Positions 8,553-16,841 of a DNA stretch of 64,000 bases are shown one piece after another. The notes beneath the pieces are model-generated. The model was not told the DNA's origin. It did not search any database and saw only the letters and a program-made list of their open reading frames with translations. The stretch is from Candidatus Giovannonibacteria bacterium (lineage in GTDB: Bacteria; Patescibacteriota; Minisyncoccia; UBA11713; 2-01-FULL-45-33): contig CP066687.1 of NCBI GenBank assembly GCA_016432405.1, positions 411,040-475,039 on the forward strand, in the 5' to 3' direction. Positions within the stretch are counted from its first letter, which is position 1, and every line of letters starts with the position of its first letter. Made by a program: the position numbers and the translations under genes.

Positions 8553-9776
8553 TTACGAATTTTTACTAATATACGAATAAAGATTGGAAGTTTTAATGAG
8601 TTCAATTTTGTTTGAATCACGCTTTTTAATTTCCACCGAGCCGTTTTTCATCGTCCGGGCGCTTAAAACAACCCTTACTGGCGCGCCGATGAGGTCGGCG
8701 TCAACAAATTTTTCTCCGGCAGTCGCGCCTCGGCGGTCATCATATAACACTTCCCTCCCCTCCGCAACCATCCTGGAGTAAATTTTTGAGGCGTCTTTAT
8801 CCAACTCTATTAAATGTATCTGGAACGGCGCGATTTCCTTAGGCCAAATTATTCCGCGCTCATCGTGCCCCGCCTCCACCGCCGCCCCCATTACGCGCGT
8901 CGTGCCCAACCCGTAGCATCCGGCTGAAACCAGTCGTTCTTTTCCTTTGGCGTCTTTGAACTTCAAACCGAAATCCTCGGCGAATTTTTCTTTTAACGGG
9001 AAAATATTGCCCGCTTCTATTGTTTTAATTTCTTCCGTTCTCCCGCCGCACTTTCGGCATTTTTCGCCGCCGGCGGCGATTTCTTTATTTCGCGCGAAAC
9101 CGCACTTTCGGCATAAGAACAAAATGTCTTCTCCGGCGGCCGAAGCAACCTGAAACTCCAGCGAAAGCTCCGAAAAAGTTCCGCCGGACGCCTCCGCCAC
9201 TATCACCTTAAGCCCAAGCCGCCGGAAAGTTTTGAGATATGCCCTTTTCATCTCTTCATAAAACTTGTCGCGCTCTTTATCGCCCGCGTGAAAGCTGTAA
9301 AAATCCTTCATCCGAAATTCGCGCGAGCGCAAAAGTCCGGCTTTTGCCCTTTTTTCGTCCCTGAACTTCGTCTGAATCTGATAAGCCTTAATTGGCAGGT
9401 CTTTATACGAGCTTAAAAAACGCTTAAGCAACGGATAAATTATTTCTTCATGCGTCGGGCCCAAAGCATACCTGCCGCCAAAACGGCTTTCGGTTTTAAA
9501 AAGCGCGTCAAACTTATTCCATCTGCCTGTCGCCTCCCAATTTTCGGCGGGATGCAGCGCAGGCATCAAAATTTCTGCGCCGCCGATTCTGTTCATTTCC
9601 TCCCGGACGATATTTTCTATCTTATTTAAAACCCGGAGCCCCAAGGGCAAAAAGGTATAAACCCCAGCCGCTTCTTTTTTGATAAACCCGCCCTGCTCCA
9701 AAAAAATGGCGTTTGCGCTCTCCTCGTCCTTTGGCGGAGTCCTCCGGGTTTTAGTAAATAATTCCGAAAGCCGCAT
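8553..9776 (-). CDS. proS: Prolyl-tRNA synthetase, bacterial-type core lacking the INS editing domain; a Cys4 zinc ribbon sits in its place
   Basis: 407 aa. Strong ProRS N-terminal and motif 1/2 similarity (GVYTFLPLGLRVLNKIENIVREEM...LGPTHEE...YQIQTKFRDE...LRSREFRMKDFYSF). The insert CRKCGFARNKEIAAGGEKCRKCGG replaces the editing domain. A C-terminal anticodon-binding domain follows. Confidence 0.85.
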   Translation of the reverse strand: MRLSELFTKTRRTPPKDEESANAIFLEQGGFIKKEAAGVYTFLPLGLRVLNKIENIVREEMNRIGGAEILMPALHPAENWEATGRWNKFDALFKTESRFGGRYALGPTHEEIIYPLLKRFLSSYKDLPIKAYQIQTKFRDEKRAKAGLLRSREFRMKDFYSFHAGDKERDKFYEEMKRAYLKTFRRLGLKVIVAEASGGTFSELSLEFQVASAAGEDILFLCRKCGFARNKEIAAGGEKCRKCGGRTEEIKTIEAGNIFPLKEKFAEDFGLKFKDAKGKERLVSAGCYGLGTTRVMGAAVEAGHDERGIIWPKEIAPFQIHLIELDKDASKIYSRMVAEGREVLYDDRRGATAGEKFVDADLIGAPVRVVLSARTMKNGSVEIKKRDSNKIELIKTSNLYSYISKNS

Positions 9777-9822
9777 AGATTTATTATAGATTTATTATAC
9801 CTATAATCAACTTCAACGCAAT

Positions 9823-10548
9823 TGGTCAACCTGCCAGGTTGACCAAAAAATCTTCATAATCCTTTGCTTTGCTGCTGCTTACAAACGCGCCGTACTCTTC
9901 AGAACTAGAAAATTGATCCAACAAAATAGACCTGTTTATAAAATTGCCGAATCTATTCGAACCGATATAATCTTGATAACTAGACCATGGATACTTAGAT
10001 TCTTTATTGCGCCAACCAATCAACTCTCTAGGATTGCGGTGAATATACGCAGATAAATGCAAAAGATATTCATTGGTATCAACCAATATTTTATGGCAGT
10101 GGCTGCTGAACAAGTAGCCACTGCGCTTGTGTCTAAGGTTGAAATATTTAGTGTAGCTATTTCCTAATCTGCTCATAAACTTACTAATTCCATTTTCTTG
10201 TAATTCCAGAAGCATCAAATGGTAGTGATTTGGCATCAAAACAAATCCAATAAGCTCAACGATCTGCGCATTAAAAATGTCTCGCTCAATTTCTTGAAGC
10301 GCCGACGTGCCACGTTGACCAAATTTTTTCGCTAGGCTGGAAATGTGATTGAAAAATACATTACCCTGAAGCGCGCAGAGCAAAAATAAAAATCTATTTC
10401 TGTCGTCGTCATCAGCAAAAATATCACGTTTTTCCACGCCTCTGCTAAAAATGTGGTATACCGAATGCTCGCCCTCAAAAGTTATTTTCTTGTTCATGTC
10501 GTTATATTACACCCGCAGGCACTTTTTGGTCAACCTGGCAGGTTGACG
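9823..10548. mobile_element. REP-RAYT-REP unit (family A)
   Basis: The RAYT gene is bracketed by two copies of the 25-nt palindrome TTGGTCAACCTGCCAGGTTGACCAA (9823-9847 and 10527-10548). The two copies are in mutually inverted orientation. Confidence 0.7.
9826..10497 (-). CDS. REP-associated tyrosine transposase (RAYT; IS200/IS605-like HuH Y1 domain), copy 1
   Basis: 223 aa. HuH motif PNHYHLML. Conserved GxHxxFxRGxxKRDIF N-terminus and a catalytic-Tyr region (YIHRNP). The C-terminal codons are encoded by the REP palindrome. Confidence 0.8.
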   Translation of the reverse strand: MNKKITFEGEHSVYHIFSRGVEKRDIFADDDDRNRFLFLLCALQGNVFFNHISSLAKKFGQRGTSALQEIERDIFNAQIVELIGFVLMPNHYHLMLLELQENGISKFMSRLGNSYTKYFNLRHKRSGYLFSSHCHKILVDTNEYLLHLSAYIHRNPRELIGWRNKESKYPWSSYQDYIGSNRFGNFINRSILLDQFSSSEEYGAFVSSSKAKDYEDFLVNLAG

Positions 10549-10563
10549 GTTGACCAGTTGGTC

Positions 10564-11625
10564 TCAGAAGATTTTAGCAATGTCGCGGTAGGTTATGGCA
10601 AGCATAAGGGCGATTAAAATCATAAGCCCCAAGCTGTGAGCCAAAGCGCTGGTTCTGGAAGAAATGCGCTTGCCGCGCAAGGCCTCAATCAAAAGAAAAA
10701 ATAATCTCCCGCCGTCCAAACCCGGAAACGGCAGAATATTGACTAGGGCAAGATTAACGGATAAAACGGCAATTAATATAAGGAGTACGCCGAAGCCCAG
10801 ATTGATTGCGGAAGAGGTAATGTTGAAAATTCCAACGGGACCCGCCACTTCAACAGGCAAAGCTTCTCTTTTAAAAAGGCTTTGGATAAGCCCCCACAGT
10901 CCCAAAACCGTTCCTTTTAAAATTTCCCAAGTGAACTTCGCGCCGTCTATCGGAGCCAGATACCACGGAGATTTTTTTACGCGCACAAGCCCAAGAGCAA
11001 TTCCCAACGGCCCCTCGCCTTCCGGCGGATTCTGGCGGGACAGAGCGCTGACCGCAAGCGATTTTTCTCCCCGAATCAGAGAAAGCGAGATATTTTTGCC
11101 TTGGTTTTGTTTAATAAAGTTTTGCACTTCTCCTATTTTTTGAAATCCTGGGATTTGGTCTCCTGGTATTATACCGGCGCGCTCGGCGGGTGAATCCGGG
11201 GCGATATCCATAATAATTATTTTGGCGTCGGGATAATTGCCGCTTTCTTCTTCGGAGACGGCTTGCAGGACGCCCAAACCACTGACCAAAGTAAGCGCGA
11301 AATAAGCCAAAATAATATTGGCAAATACTCCGCTGGCCAGTATCACGGCTCTTTTTGGCGCAGATTTTGAGCCGAAACTGCCCAGCTTATCGCCGGCGTC
11401 TCCTTCCTCGCCGAAAATTTTTACGAACCCGCCGAAGGGCAGAAGGTTCAAAGAAAAAAGCGTCCCGCGCTTGTCCCGCCATAGCTCCAGAATGCGCGGC
11501 GGGATTCCAAAGCCGAATTCTTCAACTTTTATTCCGAAAGCCCGCGCCGCGAAAAAATGCCCAAATTCATGGGAAAGAACCAAAATTAACAATATTGCTA
11601 TAAAAATGAATGCCGTGATTATCAT
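10564..11625 (-). CDS. rseP: RIP zinc metalloprotease RseP (site-2 protease, M50) with PDZ domain
   Basis: 353 aa. HEFGH motif in TM1, a PDZ-like middle region, and LDGG in the C-terminal TM. Confidence 0.85.
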   Translation of the reverse strand: MIITAFIFIAILLILVLSHEFGHFFAARAFGIKVEEFGFGIPPRILELWRDKRGTLFSLNLLPFGGFVKIFGEEGDAGDKLGSFGSKSAPKRAVILASGVFANIILAYFALTLVSGLGVLQAVSEEESGNYPDAKIIIMDIAPDSPAERAGIIPGDQIPGFQKIGEVQNFIKQNQGKNISLSLIRGEKSLAVSALSRQNPPEGEGPLGIALGLVRVKKSPWYLAPIDGAKFTWEILKGTVLGLWGLIQSLFKREALPVEVAGPVGIFNITSSAINLGFGVLLILIAVLSVNLALVNILPFPGLDGGRLFFLLIEALRGKRISSRTSALAHSLGLMILIALMLAITYRDIAKIF

Positions 11626-11633
11626 TGAAAATT

Positions 11634-12185
11634 CTAGATTTCCATTATCTCTTTTTCTTTTTTTTCAGAAAGTTTTTTTATTTTTTCATTGACGTTTTCA
11701 GTCATTCGCTCCATCTTTTCTTTTTGCGAATATTTTTGGGTTTCGGAAATCAATTTTGCCCGCTCCTCCTCCTGGATTGTTTTCCAAATATCATCCCTTC
11801 TTTTTCTGACTTCTATTCTTGCTTCTTCCTCTTTTTTGCCCAAGAGCTTAACAAATTCCTTCCGGCGTTCCTCCGTAAGCGCCGGGAAAACCGCTCTAAC
11901 CTGGTCCCCTTCAGAAATAATGGAAAGCCCTAAATCGGCTTTCTCCAAAGCGGCTTCTATCGCCAGGAGCAAATTTTTGTCCCACGGTTTTATGAGCACG
12001 CTCTTTGGGTCCGGCGAGGACAAAGCGGCCAAGTGCGCGAGCGGGGTCGGCGCCCCGTAAGAATCCGCCGTAATCCCTTCCAAGACGGCCGGGGACGCCC
12101 TTCCTATGCGGATTTTTTTTAACTCTTCCTCAAAATTAGCCAAAATTTTTTTAAATTCTTTTTCTTCTGCGGAAAAATCAATCAT
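11634..12185 (-). CDS. frr: Ribosome recycling factor
   Basis: 183 aa with the Frr signature RIGRASPAVLEGI...VRAVFPALTEERRKE. Confidence 0.85.
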   Translation of the reverse strand: MIDFSAEEKEFKKILANFEEELKKIRIGRASPAVLEGITADSYGAPTPLAHLAALSSPDPKSVLIKPWDKNLLLAIEAALEKADLGLSIISEGDQVRAVFPALTEERRKEFVKLLGKKEEEARIEVRKRRDDIWKTIQEEERAKLISETQKYSQKEKMERMTENVNEKIKKLSEKKEKEIMEI

Positions 12186-12790
12186 GGCGCCATATTTAAG
12201 TATTCTCCGATTAAACGTTTATTCGCCGTCGGGTCGGCGGAAAGAGCGCAGGCCCGGAGCGCTTTCTCCAATTTTAAAATATTGTCCCGGTTTAACCCGG
12301 CGCGCAGCGCATCCTCGCTGCTCATAAGCGATTTTTTGAGGCGGAGCTCAAACTCGTCTCCCCCGCTCCGCTCGGCGAACGCGGATTTTGAAAAAAATCT
12401 GAAGGCCGAAAAACGCGATTTAATCGTGAGAGGAATCGCCCGCGTGTTTTTTGTGGTCGCGATGATAATTGAGCCGGCCGGCGGCTCTTCAAGGATTTTC
12501 AGCATGGCCGGCGCGGCCTCGCGGCTTAGGTTTTCAATACTTTCCACCAGAAAAACGTTTTTGGGGCTCACAATCGGCCTTCGCGATGCCTTGGACTTAA
12601 GCGAACGCACGTCTTCTATCGTAATAGGAGCGGATTCAATTTTAAAAAAATCCGGACTTTTCTCGGCTTGTTCCCCCAAAAAACGGCCGAGCAAAAATTT
12701 TATCGCCTCGCTCTTCGCCCTCTCGTCGTTGCCGTAAAAGAGATACGCGTGATTTGGAAATTGGAAATTGGAAATTGGAAATTTCATCAT
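12182..12790 (-). CDS. holB: DNA polymerase III delta-prime-like subunit (short form)
   Basis: 202 aa. HAYLFYG P-loop-degenerate N-terminus, sensor-1-like ...NVFLVE..., and APAMLKILEEPP / TIKSRFSAFRF matching the delta-prime signature. The N-terminus contains a TTGGAAA x4 tandem repeat. Confidence 0.55.
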   Translation of the reverse strand: MMKFPISNFQFPNHAYLFYGNDERAKSEAIKFLLGRFLGEQAEKSPDFFKIESAPITIEDVRSLKSKASRRPIVSPKNVFLVESIENLSREAAPAMLKILEEPPAGSIIIATTKNTRAIPLTIKSRFSAFRFFSKSAFAERSGGDEFELRLKKSLMSSEDALRAGLNRDNILKLEKALRACALSADPTANKRLIGEYLNMAP

Positions 12791-13800
12791 CTTTTGGCGA
12801 TTATGCTTTTTTTATAGGACTCAAGATGCTCCATGGCGATGCCGGTTCCTTTGGCCACGCAGTAAAGCGCGTCTTTGGCCACCGCCGCCGGCACGCCGGT
12901 TGACCTTGAAACCAAAACGTTGAGGTTTCGGAGAAGCGACCCTCCGCCGGTCATCACTATTCCGTTTTCAATTATGTCGGAGGCAAGTTCGGGAGGAGTG
13001 TTGTGCAAAACCTGCTTTATGGCCTTCACTATATCCCGCAGCTCGCCGTCTATCGCTTTAACCACTTCGTTCGTGCGGATATCAATTGACCTCGGAAGTC
13101 CGGTGAGAAAATCCCTTCCTTTTATGGCCATCGTGAGCTCTTCCTCAATAGGAATCGCGGAGCCGATGCCGATTTTTATCTGCTCGGCGGTTGAGTCCCC
13201 TATCGCCAGATTAAATTGCCTTTTAATGTAGTCGGCGATTGCCTGGTCTATTTTATTGCCGGCGACTTTTACCGAAATTGAGCTTACTATCCCGCCCAAT
13301 GAAATCACCGCCGCGTCCGCCGTCCCTCCGCCGATATCCACCACCATATGCCCCTGGGGCTCGTGTATCGGAATGCCCGCGCCGATGGCGGCCAGCACCG
13401 GCTCTTTTACGACGTACGCCGATTTTGCTCCGGCCTTAACCGCCGCCTCAACCACTGACCTGCGTTCCGTTGAAGTCACGCCCGCGGGCACGGAAACCAA
13501 AACCTCCGGCTTGACGAGATTCCATCTGCCGGTCGTCTTGGAAATAAAATAGCGCAGCATCGCCTCCGTCACGCGGTAGTCCGCGATTACGCCGTCTTTC
13601 ATCGGCCGGTAAGCGACAATCGTCTCCGGCGTGCGGCCAATCATCACCTTGGCTTCGTTGCCCACGGCCAAGACGCGGTTTTCCGGGAGCGTCACCGCCA
13701 CAACCGAGGGCTCGTTTAACACTATTCCTTTCCCGGGAATATAAACCAGCGTGTTGGCCGTGCCCAAGTCAATTCCGATTTTTTTTATGAAAAAATTCAT
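12787..13800 (-). CDS. Second MreB/Mbl-like actin homolog
   Basis: 337 aa with motifs DLGTANTLVYIPG, VVDIGGGTAD, GIVMTGGGS. Paralogous to the gene at 7489-8541. Confidence 0.8.
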   Translation of the reverse strand: MNFFIKKIGIDLGTANTLVYIPGKGIVLNEPSVVAVTLPENRVLAVGNEAKVMIGRTPETIVAYRPMKDGVIADYRVTEAMLRYFISKTTGRWNLVKPEVLVSVPAGVTSTERRSVVEAAVKAGAKSAYVVKEPVLAAIGAGIPIHEPQGHMVVDIGGGTADAAVISLGGIVSSISVKVAGNKIDQAIADYIKRQFNLAIGDSTAEQIKIGIGSAIPIEEELTMAIKGRDFLTGLPRSIDIRTNEVVKAIDGELRDIVKAIKQVLHNTPPELASDIIENGIVMTGGGSLLRNLNVLVSRSTGVPAAVAKDALYCVAKGTGIAMEHLESYKKSIIAKR

Positions 13801-13845
13801 CGTAAAGATGCTTCATTTATAGCATTTTTGTGTTGGAATGTAAAA

Positions 13846-15111
13846 TTACTCCACTCTTTTAATCTCCGCTCCGAGTTTGCGGAGGCGTTCGTCTATTTTT
13901 TCGTACCCGCGGTCGATTTGGTAAATGTTGCCGATTTGAGATTCCCCGTTGGCAATGAGCGCGGCCATTAGAAACGCAAGCCCAGCCCGGATATCCGGCC
14001 CCTCTAGATTCCATCCCGCTAAATTGGACGGGCCGTGCACAATTGCGCGATGAGGATCGCAAAGAGTAATACGCGCCCCCATCTTATTTAAATCTTCCAC
14101 GTAACTTAAGCGGCCTTCAAAAATAGTTTCATGTATCATGCTGGCGCCCTCCGCCTGCGTTGCAAAAACAACGTATGGCGCCTGCAAATCAGTGGCAAAA
14201 CCCGGATATTCTTTTGTTTGAATGTTAACCGCTCTCCCGACGTAACGTCGGGATTGCTTCAAAGCAAGCTCGCCATTCCCGATTTCATATTCAACTCCGG
14301 CGGCTTTTAAAACCGCAAGCAGGGCTGTAAGTTCTTCTGCCGGAAAATTTTTAATTGTCATTTCTTTTGCGGCAACAGCCCCGAGGATCGCCAAGCTCCC
14401 GGCTTCTATGCGGTCTGGCGGAGCAAAAAATGGAACTTGCCCGGAAAGCGGTTTTCCTGCACGGCCTTCTATAGTTATCGTGTGCGTGCCGGCTCCGCGG
14501 ATCTCCGCGCCGTTTTTATTCAGCCAATCTGCTAAACTCGCAATTTCCGGCTCTTCGGCGGCATTTCTTAAAACAGTCTGCCCTTTGGCTAAAATAGCCG
14601 TCATCATCAGCCCTTCGGTTCCGGTAACGCTCGGCACACGAAAAATAAAATCGCAGCCTTTAAGGCCTCGAGGCGCGCTGACTTCATAAATCGTTAAATT
14701 ATGGACGTCCGACGTCAATAGTTTACTATGGACGTCGGACGTCGATATATTAGCCCCCATTGCTTTCCAGCCGTCTAAAAAAACATCAATCGGCCGCGCG
14801 CCGATCACGCATCCTCCCGGGTGCGGAAAAGAGGTTTTGCCGAAATGCGCCAAAGCTGGCCCCACTGCCAAAATAGAAGCGCGGATTTTTTTTGCGATCT
14901 CATAATCAAATTGCCCGCCATTTACACTATCCAGAAGCTCTTTCATTCTTTTGATATCTTCAATTTCCGGAAGGTTTTGAAAAGCCGGTCCGCCAGCTGG
15001 CGGAGAAAAAAGCAGCGAGGCAGCCAGAGCCGGCAAAGACGCGTTTTTGGAGCCGGAAACCGAAATATTGCCTTCCAGCGCCTTGCCTCCTTTCACTAAA
15101 AATTTTGCCAT
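13846..15111 (-). CDS. murA: UDP-N-acetylglucosamine 1-carboxyvinyltransferase MurA. Start refined to MAKFLVKGG.
   Basis: About 421 aa. MurA N-terminus (KFLVKGGKALEGNISVSGSKNASLP), catalytic-Cys-region equivalents, and two EPSP-like domains. Contains in-frame palindromic inserts at 14699-14747. Confidence 0.9.
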   Translation of the reverse strand: MAKFLVKGGKALEGNISVSGSKNASLPALAASLLFSPPAGGPAFQNLPEIEDIKRMKELLDSVNGGQFDYEIAKKIRASILAVGPALAHFGKTSFPHPGGCVIGARPIDVFLDGWKAMGANISTSDVHSKLLTSDVHNLTIYEVSAPRGLKGCDFIFRVPSVTGTEGLMMTAILAKGQTVLRNAAEEPEIASLADWLNKNGAEIRGAGTHTITIEGRAGKPLSGQVPFFAPPDRIEAGSLAILGAVAAKEMTIKNFPAEELTALLAVLKAAGVEYEIGNGELALKQSRRYVGRAVNIQTKEYPGFATDLQAPYVVFATQAEGASMIHETIFEGRLSYVEDLNKMGARITLCDPHRAIVHGPSNLAGWNLEGPDIRAGLAFLMAALIANGESQIGNIYQIDRGYEKIDERLRKLGAEIKRVE

Positions 15112-15146
15112 TGGCTTAAATTTATGATAGATTAAGCCGAAAGGCA

Positions 15147-16055
15147 ATGTTAACCAAAAGAAAGCGCAGAATATTTTTCTACATATCTATTTTTGTTTTT
15201 TTGCTCGCCGCCCTTCCCATAATTTTTTACAGCCAAGGATATAGATTGGGGAAAGACCTGGCCCTGCACAAAACCGGCGGAATTTTTATAAAGGCATCCG
15301 AATCCGGAGCCGTCATAAAAGCGGATAAAAAGACCAAATCAACTTCTCTAATCAACAAATCCGCTCTCATCAAAAATCTCCTTCCGGGTGACTATCAAAT
15401 CAGCGCGGAAAAAGAGGGGTTTTGGCCGTGGGCAAAGAGGATTGAGGTTTTGCCGGAGATGGTAGCGGAACGAAGCGCGCTTTTAGTGCCCAAAAATCCA
15501 AAAATGGAAAACCTTGGGACAACCTCGCTGCAGATTGAAAACCCGAAACCCCCGTATCCATCTGTTAAAAAATTCTGGGAAGTCCCAAAAACCGGGGACT
15601 TCATTGTCTTGGGGGAGGACGGCAATTTTTACAAAAACCGCGCTCGCCTGGACGTAATCGGGCTTTGGGGCACGACAACCTATAATATTTTAAAAAGCAA
15701 AAAAAGCAGCTTTTTTGACGAAGATTTCTTAAAAATCGTCTATTGGGACACTCACTCGGTTGGCGCTTATTGGTTCGGGGACTTTGAGCGCGCGCCTAAA
15801 TGGCAGAAAGAAAGGGAACTGGACATATTTTACTCGGATTCGGAGCTTGCGGACGCAAGATTCTATCCCGGCTGGCCGGATTATCTCATAGCCGTAAGCG
15901 GCGATGGGATATACACTCTGGAGATGGACTCATCCGGCGGACAGAACATCGCCCCGCTCTACAAAGGAAGAAAACCGAAAATAGTGTTTATGGATAAAGA
16001 GACCCCGGCTTTAATTATCTTTGACTCTGGCCAATACATCCAGCTCAAACTTTAA
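15147..16055 (+). CDS. Membrane-anchored PEGA-like domain protein (hypothetical)
   Basis: 302 aa. N-terminal TM (FFYISIFVFLLAALPIIFY). The segment LLPGDYQISAEKEGFWPW resembles the PEGA motif. No enzyme motifs. Confidence 0.45.
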   Translation: MLTKRKRRIFFYISIFVFLLAALPIIFYSQGYRLGKDLALHKTGGIFIKASESGAVIKADKKTKSTSLINKSALIKNLLPGDYQISAEKEGFWPWAKRIEVLPEMVAERSALLVPKNPKMENLGTTSLQIENPKPPYPSVKKFWEVPKTGDFIVLGEDGNFYKNRARLDVIGLWGTTTYNILKSKKSSFFDEDFLKIVYWDTHSVGAYWFGDFERAPKWQKERELDIFYSDSELADARFYPGWPDYLIAVSGDGIYTLEMDSSGGQNIAPLYKGRKPKIVFMDKETPALIIFDSGQYIQLKL

Positions 16056-16134
16056 TAAACCTTAATAAATTATCCACAGCTTATAAACAAGCTTTCGCTC
16101 GACAGCCGGCTTTTCATTTTTTAGAATAAAAAAC

Positions 16135-16359
16135 ATGGAGGCGGCTAAAAAGTATTTAACCATCAACCAAACCGCGAAGCTGGTCGGCGTAACCACGCTT
16201 ACATTGCGCAACTGGGACAATGCGCGCAAATTCCGCGCCGCGCGCCACCCAATAAACAACTACAGAATGTATACCCTTGAACAAATAGAAGTACTCTTAA
16301 AAAAAATGGGATTGCCCAGACCTCCAAGAAAACTCGTGATTCAAGTTTTGGAGGACTAA
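16135..16359 (+). CDS. Small HTH DNA-binding protein (excisionase/MerR-superfamily-like HTH_17)
   Basis: 74 aa. LTINQTAKLVGVTTLTLRNWD helix-turn-helix. Paralogous to the N-terminus of the adjacent giant protein. Confidence 0.55.
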   Translation: MEAAKKYLTINQTAKLVGVTTLTLRNWDNARKFRAARHPINNYRMYTLEQIEVLLKKMGLPRPPRKLVIQVLED

Positions 16360-16421
16360 TTCTAAAACAATTTTTAATTTTCAATTTCAAATTTTAAATG
16401 AATTTTCAATTCAATAATTTT

Positions 16422-16769
16422 TTAATGATTAGCCATGGTTGCTGTTATTTTTCCAAAAATTAGCGTGAGCTGCTGAGCTTCTACCCACAATTTTTTGGCA
16501 TCAGTTTCCGATTTTTTGTCAGTATTGGCAATAATTCTTAGCCAATATTTTGTTTCTTGCGCTTCTTTCTTGCAGATGTGGATTTTGTTTCTAAAATCTT
16601 TTCTTGAACTTGCCCCATTCGCTTCGCAATAATTGGCACCGACAGAAGTACCCGCCCTTACCAGCTGTGAAATCAGCGGTAAGGTTACTGGATTTTTATC
16701 TATTTTTGAAGCCAAACTTATTACGCTTTCTGCAAATTTAGCCGTTCTTTCTTCCAAATCGTAATTCAT
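16422..16769 (-). CDS. Four-helix-bundle protein (23S rRNA intervening-sequence protein family-like)
   Basis: 115 aa, all-helical. Motif SVGANYCEA...SRKDF...ICKKEAQETKYWL is typical of this family. Confidence 0.55.
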   Translation of the reverse strand: MNYDLEERTAKFAESVISLASKIDKNPVTLPLISQLVRAGTSVGANYCEANGASSRKDFRNKIHICKKEAQETKYWLRIIANTDKKSETDAKKLWVEAQQLTLIFGKITATMANH

Positions 16770-16841
16770 AATTTAACATTAGATTTAACATTGGATCATT
16801 AGATAATTGATTCAAAATTTGAAATTCAAAATTTAAAATTT

